Origin: an uncultured bacterium
Lineage (GTDB): Bacteria > Patescibacteriota > Doudnabacteria > UBA920
Direction: 5' to 3'
Assembly (NCBI GenBank): GCA_963749445.1
Contig: CAVVMJ010000010.1
Span: 43,913 to 107,912, forward strand
Length of the DNA: 64,000 nt
The notes under the pieces: model-generated
What the model was told of the DNA's origin: nothing
What the model saw: the letters and a program-made list of their open reading frames with translations, nothing else
Database searches by the model: none
Shown: positions 1 through 8,740 of the stretch, piece by piece
Position numbering within the stretch: the stretch's first letter is position 1
How the letters are laid out: the number at the start of each line of letters is the position of its first letter
Translations under genes and position numbers: made by a program

Positions 1-377
1 CGGTCAACCGTTAAAACCACGGCCGCGGGCCTGTCGTTTAAATTCAGCATCATTCCGCCGCCGCGGTTTTGCGCTTCTGTAATTAGTTGCTCTAAATAAT
101 TATTGTCCATATGCCACCGATTTAACGCGGATAACTACGCGGATCATGCGCTGATAGACAGCTTTCCGCGTTCTATCCGCGCCGTCATCCGCGTCATTCC
201 GCGGCCTTAAATAAAAACAGCCTAGATTAATTTTTAAGCTGTCCTTGATTTGTATATTTATTTGTGCGCCCGAAACTGTGCCTAGACTAATCATAGCACG
301 TTAAAAAAAGATTGCAAATTGGCTGAAACAAACGTGGGTCTTTAAAATTTTATTGGCCTTAATCTTGACACTTTTTG

Positions 378-710
378 TTATTTTGCAAAAGGCGAGGCCA
401 AATAACCTTTCAACATAAACACAAGAAGCGCAAATAATAAAGTTCCAATAAGGGAAAGTTTTGAGTAATTATCTTTTGGGGTTTTGCCCCCAGTCAGCAG
501 GAAAGTCAGTTCATCGAGGAACAAAGCCCAGCCGATGGCGTATATCGTAACCGAGTGAATCATTAAACCGGCAAAGATGCCCGCAACCCCATACATGTAG
601 TGATGAATCCTGAATTTTCCGATGGTCGGGGCAGCTATTGGGCGAATAAAAAGAAATACCCTGATGACAAGAACCGTTGCTGCAAAAAAATAAAAAAAGT
701 AATTGCCCAT
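378..710 (-). CDS. small hydrophobic membrane protein (hypothetical)
   Basis: 110-aa ORF with several predicted TM segments; no recognisable motif. Confidence 0.3.
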   Translation of the reverse strand: MGNYFFYFFAATVLVIRVFLFIRPIAAPTIGKFRIHHYMYGVAGIFAGLMIHSVTIYAIGWALFLDELTFLLTGGKTPKDNYSKLSLIGTLLFALLVFMLKGYLASPFAK

Positions 711-806
711 AGTTCACCTGTTAAAAAAATAAATCACGAACACGCCGACAAAAACCAACAACCCGCCGATTATGGTGGCGGTGTTAACCACGCAACACCT
801 GTACCT

Positions 807-1658
807 TTATTTTTCGCCATAAAATATTCCGTAAACTCCTAAACCATCTCGCCAAGCAAAGTACTGGTCGCGGAAAGCTCGCATATGGGAAGTTCTAAGG
901 GCTTTAATTCCAAACCACCCTAACACTTTAGAGACAGGCAGCATAATGCAGGCGAGATTGTAAACGCGTTTGGCAATCGGCATGACAAAAGAAGTTTTAT
1001 CTATCCATCTGATTTGTTTAAATCCAATCTCATTAAGATACCGTTCAAATTCCGTTCGTTCCGGCAGCACGGGGACATGCACGCCTTCAAAACAGGTTTT
1101 GGCAATAGCTTGTTCCCTGGGCGTTAGGGTGTTTTTGTCTTTTCCAAAGTAACCGTCGGCAATCGCCATGCGTCCGCCGGGTTTTAATATCCTCAAAATC
1201 TCCTTAAGTACCAGGGGCTTTTGTGTGGAGTGGCAAATGCTCTCTATGGCTATAGTAACGTCAAAAGTATTGTCGGGGAAAGTAGTGTGATGATAATCCA
1301 TTGTCAGAAAATCTGTGAGATGTTCCACCCTGTATTTTTCGGCCAATTTTTTAGCATGCATCACTTGGTCTTCAGCAATGGTAATACCGGTCACGTGACA
1401 GCCGATATGAGAGGCAAGCCAAACTGCCGTTGCACCATAACCACAGCCTAAATCAATGACCTTATCAAAAGAGTTCAGCTTTACCAGTTCGGCTAAGACA
1501 CGGTTCTCATTGAGCAAAGCTTCCTTGTGGCTCCGGGTGGTTTTGTCCCATAAACCAAAATGCATGGAAATGTTACTAAAGCTGCCGCTGTAAAGGCGGT
1601 AGTCCAGTTTGCTGAAATTATAATAATCCACTATTTCCTTATCGGTTAGATTTGGCAT
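807..1658 (-). CDS. class I SAM-dependent methyltransferase
   Basis: Motif I VIDLGCGYGATAVWLA and acidic motif II. The real start is likely ATG at 1658 (MPNLTDKEIV); the track ORF extends to 1757 across a terminator hairpin. Confidence 0.65.
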   Translation of the reverse strand: MPNLTDKEIVDYYNFSKLDYRLYSGSFSNISMHFGLWDKTTRSHKEALLNENRVLAELVKLNSFDKVIDLGCGYGATAVWLASHIGCHVTGITIAEDQVMHAKKLAEKYRVEHLTDFLTMDYHHTTFPDNTFDVTIAIESICHSTQKPLVLKEILRILKPGGRMAIADGYFGKDKNTLTPREQAIAKTCFEGVHVPVLPERTEFERYLNEIGFKQIRWIDKTSFVMPIAKRVYNLACIMLPVSKVLGWFGIKALRTSHMRAFRDQYFAWRDGLGVYGIFYGEK

Positions 1659-1687
1659 ATTTATCTTTATTTTAGCAGTTTTTAAGG

Positions 1688-1725
1688 TAAAATAAAAACA
1701 AGGGCAAGGCCTTGCGGCCTTGCCC
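1688..1725 (-). terminator. rho-independent terminator downstream of the giant surface protein gene
   Basis: GGGCAAGGCC-ttgc-GGCCTTGCCC stem-loop followed on the minus strand by a T-run (TTGTTTTTATTTT). Confidence 0.65.
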
Positions 1726-1746
1726 TTTACGGATTTACTAATGTAA

Positions 1747-4700
1747 TTATCTTCCAACCAATTTCAGAAGCGTTTTGCGCTTTTTTACCACCGCGAACGC
1801 GCCGACCATCAATCCGGCAAAAACAAAAGCGTTGGTATCCGCGCCGGTCTTGGGGGCCACAAGCGCTCCCAAAACCTGCGGCGTGTTGATGTTAATCGTT
1901 ATCGCGTTGCCGTAAGTGTTGGTCATAACGTAATGCAGATTGCTGGCCAAAAAGTACTTAATGCGCACGCGGAACGATTTGCTCACGCTGCCGCCGGCCG
2001 ACACAGTAATGGGCGGATAGTTGATGACATTGCCGGAAAGCGTGCCGCCGCCGTTGTCACTGATGTCCGCGTAAGGCAGAACCTGGGACAAATCATCCGT
2101 GACCACAAAGTTGGTGGCCGGCGAATTGCCGTTATTGGTTACCGTCAAAGTGTAAGTAATATAGTCTTCTTTGGAAGCCGGCTGTGTGGTAGCGTCAACA
2201 TTTTTGGTATCGTTCCAGGCTTTTTTGGCGTATATCAAATTAACATTGCCGCCGAGCACGTTGCCGTTGCCGTTAACGAAGACCCACGCGTCATCCTGCA
2301 CATTCGGCACGCTGTCGCCGCGGGCGCTGGCCGTGTTTTCAATGCTGGTGCCGCTGCCGGCCACAACCTGGGCCTGGAAAGTCGCGGTAACGCTCTGACC
2401 CGTGGAAAGCGAGCCCAAATTCAGGCTGTTGCCATACCAGTTGCTGCCGGAATTATAACCGTTGTTGTAATTATTATTGTTGTAATAACCGCCGCTGACC
2501 TGCGTGCTGCCGGAAATCCATTGCAGGCCGCTTACGCCCGCGTCGGTCAAAACCACATTATTGACGCTGGCGTTGCCCGTGTTGGTCACGGTAATTTGGA
2601 ACTGTACGGTATCATTCACGTTGGCGCTTACGGTTTTTTGGAACGAGCCGCCCGCCGTAATATTCCTGACCATTTTTTGGATGCCCAACTGCACGTACTG
2701 GTTATACGGTACCGGGTTATTATAGTAGTAAGGATTACTGTTGGACGACGCGTAGTAATAATAGGTGTTGGTCGTATTAGTTACGTTGTGGGAATCCGTA
2801 GTATTGGTTGTGGTATTGGTTACATTGTGGGAGTCTGTGGTATTCGTAATGTTATGCGAATCGGTGCTGTAATTTATATTATGCGAATCCGAGGTGTTGA
2901 TAATATTATTGCAGGAATTGTTTATGCAGGTATTGATGTTGTTTGTATTGCCGCCGTTGTTGTTATTTGAAGCCTGCAAAGTTATGGCGATAGTAGAAAG
3001 CAGCTGGTTGCAGCTTGCATCATACATCTTAAATACATAACTGCCGCCGGCCTGCAAATCGGAAACCGTTTGCTGGCCGTTGGCACCGCCGCTGGCAAAA
3101 GCCAGTTCCGCGGAAGAGCCGGGGTTGATGCGGGTTATGCGGATTTGGTTGGTGCCCGATGAAGCCCAGCTTATGGTTGAGCTGTAAGCGCTCCCGTTAA
3201 TCAGCAAAGCAGGCGCGGAATAGTTTAAGGTTGCGCCGGTATTGGAGGTACAAACCTGCGGCTGCTGCGAGACATGGACGCTGCAGTTAGCAGATTGGCT
3301 GCCGCTGGTCACGGTTACTGTTTTGGTGCCGATTGAAGTGTAAGTGACTCCGCTGAGCGTATTGCCCAAGGCCGTGCCGTAATTGGCGCCGGGATCGGAC
3401 CAGTTATAACTGCCGTTGCCGCCGGTAGCGGTAAAGTTTACGGCTTGATTGGTTTGGACGCTGGTCGGGTTGGCAAAGCAGGTTAAAGTTTGCGGCTGCT
3501 GGATGACGATGTTAACAACCGGACAACTCACGCCGTTGACTGTGGTTATGCCGCTGGTTACGCCGGCATTAAAGCGGGTAAGAAAAGTCGTGCCCTGGCC
3601 GGCAAACGGCACGGCGCTTTGCGCCGACCAAGTGTAGGTCTGGCTGGAAACAGGGTTGCTAATAGCGTAAGAGACCTGGTCAGACGGCGCATTGCTGCTG
3701 CCGTTTACTGTGGAAGGGGAAGTTAACTGGCAAATCGGCTGATTATTAACAGGAGCAGAACATTTAGCCGAAGCCTGGGCGCTGGCATTGGCCTGGGCCT
3801 GAGCCTGGGCTTGCTGCTGGGCCTGGCTTTGCGCCTTGTTTTGCGCGTCGGCTTGGCTGACGTTGCTGGTGGCTGTGGCGCTGGCCGAAGCCGAGGCCGA
3901 AGCCGAGGCAAACGAGCCGTCAGGGCAGGAAGCGCTGGCCGAAGCCGTGGCGCTGGCCGTGGCAGTTGCCGTAAACGTTCCGGGCTGAACCTGGATATTA
4001 ATAGTCACTATCGGACAGCTCACACCGTTAACGGTAACCGTTCCGGTAGATACACCGGCGTTAAAGCGGGTAAGAAAAGTCGTACCCTGGCCGGCAAACG
4101 GCACGGCGCTTTGCGCCGACCAAGTGTAGGTCTGGCTGGAAACAGGGTTGCTAATAGCGTAAGAGACCTGGTCAGACGGCGCATTGCTGCTGCCGTTTAC
4201 TGTGGAAGGGGAAGTCAACTGGCAAATCGGCTGATTAGCCGGAGCCTGGTTAACCAAAACCGAACAATTGGCGCGCTGGCCGTCAATGCTGCTGACGCTG
4301 GCGGTCTGCGTGCCAACGACACTGTAGTTAACGGTATAACTGGTATAATCCGCCGAAGCGTTCGCCGAAGAAGCGTTGCTGGTAGACCAGCCATAAGCGC
4401 GGCTGGTATCGCCGCCACTGGCGGTAAATACAACCGGTTGACCAAGAGTAATCGAGGCAACGTTGGCGCTGCAGGTTAAAGTCGGAAACTGAGTAGGAGT
4501 GCTACCGCAGCTCAAACTCGGCACAGGCACGTATTTATCAATTTGCGGATAACCATCCGCGGTTAAATAGAAATGTACGGTTTTACCGGGAGTCAACCAC
4601 GGGGCGTCTTGTCCTCCGAAGGGGCTGTTGGCAGCCGCTGCAAATAAACTAGGCTGGCCGGTGGAAGTATTAACTACATAGACTTTAACATTGTTTAAAT

Positions 4701-6642
4701 TGGAAGATGTCCAAGTCACGGTGCCGTCATACAAACATTGATTATAAAGCTGGTTGCCTACCTGGACGTTCAAAGTGGCACTACCGGCCGGAGGAGTGGG
4801 CGTACTGCCGCAGCTCAAAGCGGGCACAGGGACATACTTGTCGATTTGCGGATAATTATCGGCAGTCAAGTAAAAATGGACGCTGGTGCCCGGGGTCAAC
4901 CACGGCGCATCCTGGCTGCCACTTACAGCCGCGGCAAACAAACTCGGCTGGCCGGTTGAAGTATTAACCACGTAAACTTTAACATTGTTTAAATTAGAGG
5001 AAGACCAGGTGACAGTGCCATCATATAAACACTGGTTAGCAACCTGGCTGTTAACCTGAACATTTAACGTAGCGGTGCCGGCCGGAGGAGTGGGCGTACT
5101 GCCGCAGCTCAAAGCGGGCACATTGACGTATTTATCAATTTGCGGATAGTTGTCCGCGGTTAAGTAAAAGTGGACAGACGTGCCCGGAGTAAGCCACGGA
5201 GCATCGGAATTCCCCGAAACGGCGGCGCCGACTAAGCTGGGCTGGCCGGTGGAAGTGTTAACCACGTAGACTTTAACATTGTTTAAATTGGAAGATATCC
5301 AAGTCACGGTGCCGTCATATAAACACTGACCGGAAACCTGTCCGTTAAGATTAACATCCAAAGTAGCTGTGCCGGCCGGAGGGGTAGGCGTACTGCCGCA
5401 GCTCAAAGCAGGCACGCTGACATACTTGTCAATTTGCGGGTAACCATCCGCAGTTAAGTAGAAATGGGTGCTGGTGCCGGGAGTGAGCCACGGCGCATCC
5501 TGGCTGCCACTTACAGCCGCGGCAAACAAACTCGGCTGGCCGGTGGAAGTGTTAACCGCGTAAATTTTAACATTATTTAAATTAGAGGAAGACCATGTGA
5601 CAGTACCATCACCCAAACACTGGCCACTAACCTGGCCGTTGTAGCTTACATCCAAAGTGGCGGTGCCGGCCGGAGGAGTAGGCGTACTGCCGCAGCTCAA
5701 AGCAGGCACGCTGACATACTTGTCAATCTGCGGATAACCATCGGCGGTTAAATAAAAATGGGTGGATGTGCCGGGAGTGAGCCACGGGACATCTGCGTTG
5801 CCGCTTGTAGCGGCGCCAACCAAACCAGGCTGGCCGGTGGAAGTGTTAACCGCGTAAACTTTTACATTATCTAAACCTGAAGAAGTCCATGTTACAGTAC
5901 CATCGCCCAAACACTGGCCACTAACCTGGCCGTTATAGCTTACGTCCAAAGTGGCGGTGCCGGCCGGAGGGGTGGGCTGGGTTTGGCCGGTAACGGTAAC
6001 GGTAAAATAAATCAGTCTGATATAACCAAAACACGCCGGCTGGTCAGGCAAAGAAGCCGAAGAGTTTACAAAATTCAAGCTGCCCTGCCCAATGGGATCC
6101 ATATTCGGATCGCCGGTTCTCGCGCGCCATTGCTGGCCGCTGGCCGAAAGCGTTGTGCCGGAAAGCGTATTAATGTACATCTGGCCGTTTAAGGAATTGG
6201 AAGTGTTGTTAGCCGTAACCGAGGCGGAAATCATGTGACTGTCCGATGTGTTACTGTCAACCGTGGCGCTGACCTGTTCGCCGGTAGCCGCGGGGCCGCC
6301 CACGACCGCGCCGTTGTGCACATATAAAACAAATTCCACCTGGTCGCCGGGCTGGGCGCTAATCATATTATTTTCCGTATCGCCCTGCCAATCGCCGACA
6401 GCTTGCCCGTTGCGCACAATCTGGGCGCGCATAAACGGGGCGTCATTACAGCCGCCGCCGGTATGGGAAATTGAGTAAGGATTTAAAATCGGCGTGCTAA
6501 AAGTCGGGGTGCAGTCGGTTTCCGCGTGCAAAGAATTAATAACCCGCGGAGCCGCGGCCAAAACCGTCAAAGATACCGCAAAAAAACTCACCGCTAAAAC
6601 TGCGCCGACCTTGAAATTTAAAACCTGAGTATATTTTTTCAT
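1747..6642 (-). CDS. giant secreted tandem-repeat cell-surface protein (1631 aa) with sortase-type sorting signal
   Basis: N-terminal signal peptide with hydrophobic core. Five 98-aa (294-nt) tandem repeats. A duplicated roughly 90-aa module, Ser/Ala and Asn/Thr low-complexity tracts, and DUF11-like TVTNNGN segments. C-terminus APKTGAD, then a hydrophobic stretch, then KKRK. Confidence 0.75.
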   Translation of the reverse strand: MKKYTQVLNFKVGAVLAVSFFAVSLTVLAAAPRVINSLHAETDCTPTFSTPILNPYSISHTGGGCNDAPFMRAQIVRNGQAVGDWQGDTENNMISAQPGDQVEFVLYVHNGAVVGGPAATGEQVSATVDSNTSDSHMISASVTANNTSNSLNGQMYINTLSGTTLSASGQQWRARTGDPNMDPIGQGSLNFVNSSASLPDQPACFGYIRLIYFTVTVTGQTQPTPPAGTATLDVSYNGQVSGQCLGDGTVTWTSSGLDNVKVYAVNTSTGQPGLVGAATSGNADVPWLTPGTSTHFYLTADGYPQIDKYVSVPALSCGSTPTPPAGTATLDVSYNGQVSGQCLGDGTVTWSSSNLNNVKIYAVNTSTGQPSLFAAAVSGSQDAPWLTPGTSTHFYLTADGYPQIDKYVSVPALSCGSTPTPPAGTATLDVNLNGQVSGQCLYDGTVTWISSNLNNVKVYVVNTSTGQPSLVGAAVSGNSDAPWLTPGTSVHFYLTADNYPQIDKYVNVPALSCGSTPTPPAGTATLNVQVNSQVANQCLYDGTVTWSSSNLNNVKVYVVNTSTGQPSLFAAAVSGSQDAPWLTPGTSVHFYLTADNYPQIDKYVPVPALSCGSTPTPPAGSATLNVQVGNQLYNQCLYDGTVTWTSSNLNNVKVYVVNTSTGQPSLFAAAANSPFGGQDAPWLTPGKTVHFYLTADGYPQIDKYVPVPSLSCGSTPTQFPTLTCSANVASITLGQPVVFTASGGDTSRAYGWSTSNASSANASADYTSYTVNYSVVGTQTASVSSIDGQRANCSVLVNQAPANQPICQLTSPSTVNGSSNAPSDQVSYAISNPVSSQTYTWSAQSAVPFAGQGTTFLTRFNAGVSTGTVTVNGVSCPIVTINIQVQPGTFTATATASATASASASCPDGSFASASASASASATATSNVSQADAQNKAQSQAQQQAQAQAQANASAQASAKCSAPVNNQPICQLTSPSTVNGSSNAPSDQVSYAISNPVSSQTYTWSAQSAVPFAGQGTTFLTRFNAGVTSGITTVNGVSCPVVNIVIQQPQTLTCFANPTSVQTNQAVNFTATGGNGSYNWSDPGANYGTALGNTLSGVTYTSIGTKTVTVTSGSQSANCSVHVSQQPQVCTSNTGATLNYSAPALLINGSAYSSTISWASSGTNQIRITRINPGSSAELAFASGGANGQQTVSDLQAGGSYVFKMYDASCNQLLSTIAITLQASNNNNGGNTNNINTCINNSCNNIINTSDSHNINYSTDSHNITNTTDSHNVTNTTTNTTDSHNVTNTTNTYYYYASSNSNPYYYNNPVPYNQYVQLGIQKMVRNITAGGSFQKTVSANVNDTVQFQITVTNTGNASVNNVVLTDAGVSGLQWISGSTQVSGGYYNNNNYNNGYNSGSNWYGNSLNLGSLSTGQSVTATFQAQVVAGSGTSIENTASARGDSVPNVQDDAWVFVNGNGNVLGGNVNLIYAKKAWNDTKNVDATTQPASKEDYITYTLTVTNNGNSPATNFVVTDDLSQVLPYADISDNGGGTLSGNVINYPPITVSAGGSVSKSFRVRIKYFLASNLHYVMTNTYGNAITININTPQVLGALVAPKTGADTNAFVFAGLMVGAFAVVKKRKTLLKLVGR
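3470..4235 (-). repeat. duplicated roughly 270-nt module (two copies about 490 nt apart) flanking a Ser/Ala/Gln low-complexity tract
   Basis: aagt(t/c)aactggcaaatcggctgatt at about 3721 and 4212. The protein segment APANQPICQLTSPSTVNGSSNAPSDQVSYAISNPVSSQTYTWSAQSAVPFAGQGTTFLTRFNAGV occurs twice. Confidence 0.8.
4497..6003 (-). repeat. five tandem 294-nt (98-aa) repeats inside the surface protein gene
   Basis: Near-identical DNA blocks starting at about 4500, 4801, 5097, 5391 and 5688 (cgtactgccgcagctcaaagc...). The protein repeats begin TPTPPAGTATL and end PALSCGS. Confidence 0.85.
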
Positions 6643-6691
6643 ATGTCCTAAATGTTAGCTTACCAAAGCTAAGTTTATAATTTAACTTATT

Positions 6692-6720
6692 ATACTACAA
6701 CTTTTCCAACCTTTTGTCAA
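6692..6720 (-). promoter_or_regulatory. sigma70-like promoter for the surface protein gene
   Basis: On the minus strand: TTGACA, 17-nt spacer, TAGTAT, located about 50 nt upstream of the ATG in an AT-rich 340-nt intergenic region. Confidence 0.4.
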
Positions 6721-6980
6721 CCTCACTATTTAAAAAATCGCTTAAATAAAAGGATAAAACTTTTTTATGCTTTAACTGTGTGTAAATATTACGGCTACTT
6801 AAAACATATTTATCTGCTTTTCATTGTATTATAACCGTCATTTAATTTCCACTAATGTTTTGATTGATGGAAATTAAGCAACGGTTAATTTTAATGAGAT
6901 CTGCAGGGCTGGAGGGTGAATGGTTCATGATTTCTCATGTCCACTCTCCCCGTCCAGCCCGACAAAGCATATGAATCGTG

Positions 6981-8489
6981 TTATTTGCAGGCGCCCGGCG
7001 TTCCCGGGGCCAAAATGGGATTACAGGTTGTGACCGGTGCCCCCGGCGGCTTGGCTGGCTCCGTTTGCGTCGTTGTTGTTGTACCGCCGCCGTGATGCGT
7101 GGCAGCGATAATCGCGCCGGCCGCGGCAATCGCGACTACAATCGCAATCCACCACTTGCTACCAGCCGCCTTGAGCAGACCCTCACAGTGGATAACGCAC
7201 CCATCGTCGGTTGTTACATCAAGGGCAAACTGAACTTCCTTCTTCTTGTTCAGCTCGGCTGTTGTAACGAGCAGCGAGTTATCGCTGCCTGTGACGTTAC
7301 CGTTTACTCCCCACCTAATGGACTTTATCTGCCGACCCTTGAGTTGGGCCGGGGAAATGAAATCAGAGATGTTGAGCCGAATGCCGTCCTTCCCAACCCT
7401 AAAAGTCTGGTTGGGCTTGGAACAAGTCGGGCAAACCGGTTTCGAAGGTAGTGGAGGTGGTGAAGCTTCAACCCTCTTGACCACTACCGCAAACGGGCAG
7501 CTCGATCGCCGACCGAACTGGTCGGTAAGATCAAACGAGCCGGGATAAGTCCCGGGAGCGAAGTTGGTGATCTTAGGGCCGAAGGCGAATACATCTTCGC
7601 GCCCGTCGAGATCAGGGTTAGTGGACTGCACCTCCCCTTTCACCAGCCATTCAGCCTTCAGCCTGAGGTTTTCCGCCGCCCCAATAGCCCTCCCCCTAAA
7701 CTCAAGCACCTGTTCAGGAGTCAAGGAAAAAGGCGGCGTGTCAGTGGTAATGAGGTCGCCGTTCTGCCAAAGTCCGCAGGTTGCGAACCCGGGCCGTGTA
7801 ACTGGCGGCGTCCCTGGTTCGCTTGGCGTGGTCTCAAACCACACTTCCACGAACACATATCCGAAGTTGCCACAAATGAACACCAGATTGATAACGACAG
7901 CTTCGGATTCGATGAAGAATTCACAAGACTGCGTTCTGGCGGCCAGCTCCGGCGGAACCTCCAACTTCTCGTTCACCCCTGTACCATTCGCCATGATCAC
8001 GAACCTGCTCGGTTCGAGTAGCTTACTTGGCTTGCATGCTCCGGCTTCGATCTTTTTCTTGAACTCTTCCTTAGCCTCTGCCGACAAATTCAAACGTTTA
8101 TCTATGGCTTCAAAGAGCTCATCTTGCTGGTTCACGGTCGGCGGCATATTGACGATCGGGGTGGACGTAATGGGATCCCGGCGCCATTCGTGCTGCATGA
8201 CTGTCCAGTCCATGTCTGCGAGCCGCTTCATTTCGGGATCAACGTTCCCCTGCCTTTGCAGGTACGCGTCGATCTCCTCACGGGTACGCAGAACATGGAA
8301 GTAAGTTACCTTGCCATCCTCCACCTTCTTGTAGTCATAGCGCCGGCCGGAGGCTGTCACGCCACCGCCGTTCTGGAGCGTCGTAGGCAGTTGGGTTTGC
8401 GGTTGCTGGGCGAGCACGGACTGAGGTCCGGTCACCATCAACAACGCCAAAATCAAGGCCAGTATCTGGCCCACGTTCATACGATTCAT
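6981..8489 (-). CDS. secreted/membrane-anchored protein of unknown function
   Basis: Likely start MNRMNVGQILALILALLMVTGPQSVLA (signal peptide) with a GGAGG ribosome-binding site upstream. C-terminal TM segment WWIAIVVAIAAAGAIIAA followed by a Gly/Thr/Pro-rich tail. GC content is higher than in neighbouring genes. Confidence 0.45.
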   Translation of the reverse strand: MNRMNVGQILALILALLMVTGPQSVLAQQPQTQLPTTLQNGGGVTASGRRYDYKKVEDGKVTYFHVLRTREEIDAYLQRQGNVDPEMKRLADMDWTVMQHEWRRDPITSTPIVNMPPTVNQQDELFEAIDKRLNLSAEAKEEFKKKIEAGACKPSKLLEPSRFVIMANGTGVNEKLEVPPELAARTQSCEFFIESEAVVINLVFICGNFGYVFVEVWFETTPSEPGTPPVTRPGFATCGLWQNGDLITTDTPPFSLTPEQVLEFRGRAIGAAENLRLKAEWLVKGEVQSTNPDLDGREDVFAFGPKITNFAPGTYPGSFDLTDQFGRRSSCPFAVVVKRVEASPPPLPSKPVCPTCSKPNQTFRVGKDGIRLNISDFISPAQLKGRQIKSIRWGVNGNVTGSDNSLLVTTAELNKKKEVQFALDVTTDDGCVIHCEGLLKAAGSKWWIAIVVAIAAAGAIIAATHHGGGTTTTTQTEPAKPPGAPVTTCNPILAPGTPGACK

Positions 8490-8679
8490 TTCATTAGGCC
8501 TCCTTGGCCCTTTTGATTCTGTTTGGATTTTTTCTCGGCCTCGGGCCGAATTTGTACTTCCTACTTGGTTGGCCCGAGTTGGGTACCGAGTAGATAAGAA
8601 TCGCCAAAAAATAATTAAGGGAAAACCCAAAATAAGGGTTTTCCCTCCTCAAATTATTTGGTAAACCTAATCCACCCGA

Positions 8680-8721
8680 TAATGATTGACTTTTTGACGG
8701 CCGTCAAAAAGTCAATCATTA
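8680..8721. repeat. perfect 21-bp-arm palindrome between the sortase gene and the downstream gene
   Basis: TAATGATTGACTTTTTGACGG|CCGTCAAAAAGTCAATCATTA with no loop. Confidence 0.7.
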
Positions 8722-8740
8722 CTAAAATATTTTAAATTTA

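Noticed and set aside
1933-6478. Numerous long ORFs on the plus strand, and in other minus frames, overlapping the giant surface protein gene (for example 1933..2970 at 345 aa and 3811..4479 at 222 aa)
   Set aside because: They are shadow ORFs in a GC-rich, low-stop repetitive gene. Their translations are low-complexity Arg/Ala/Gly strings with no motifs. The minus-strand 1631-aa frame has the signal peptide, the repeats and the sorting signal.
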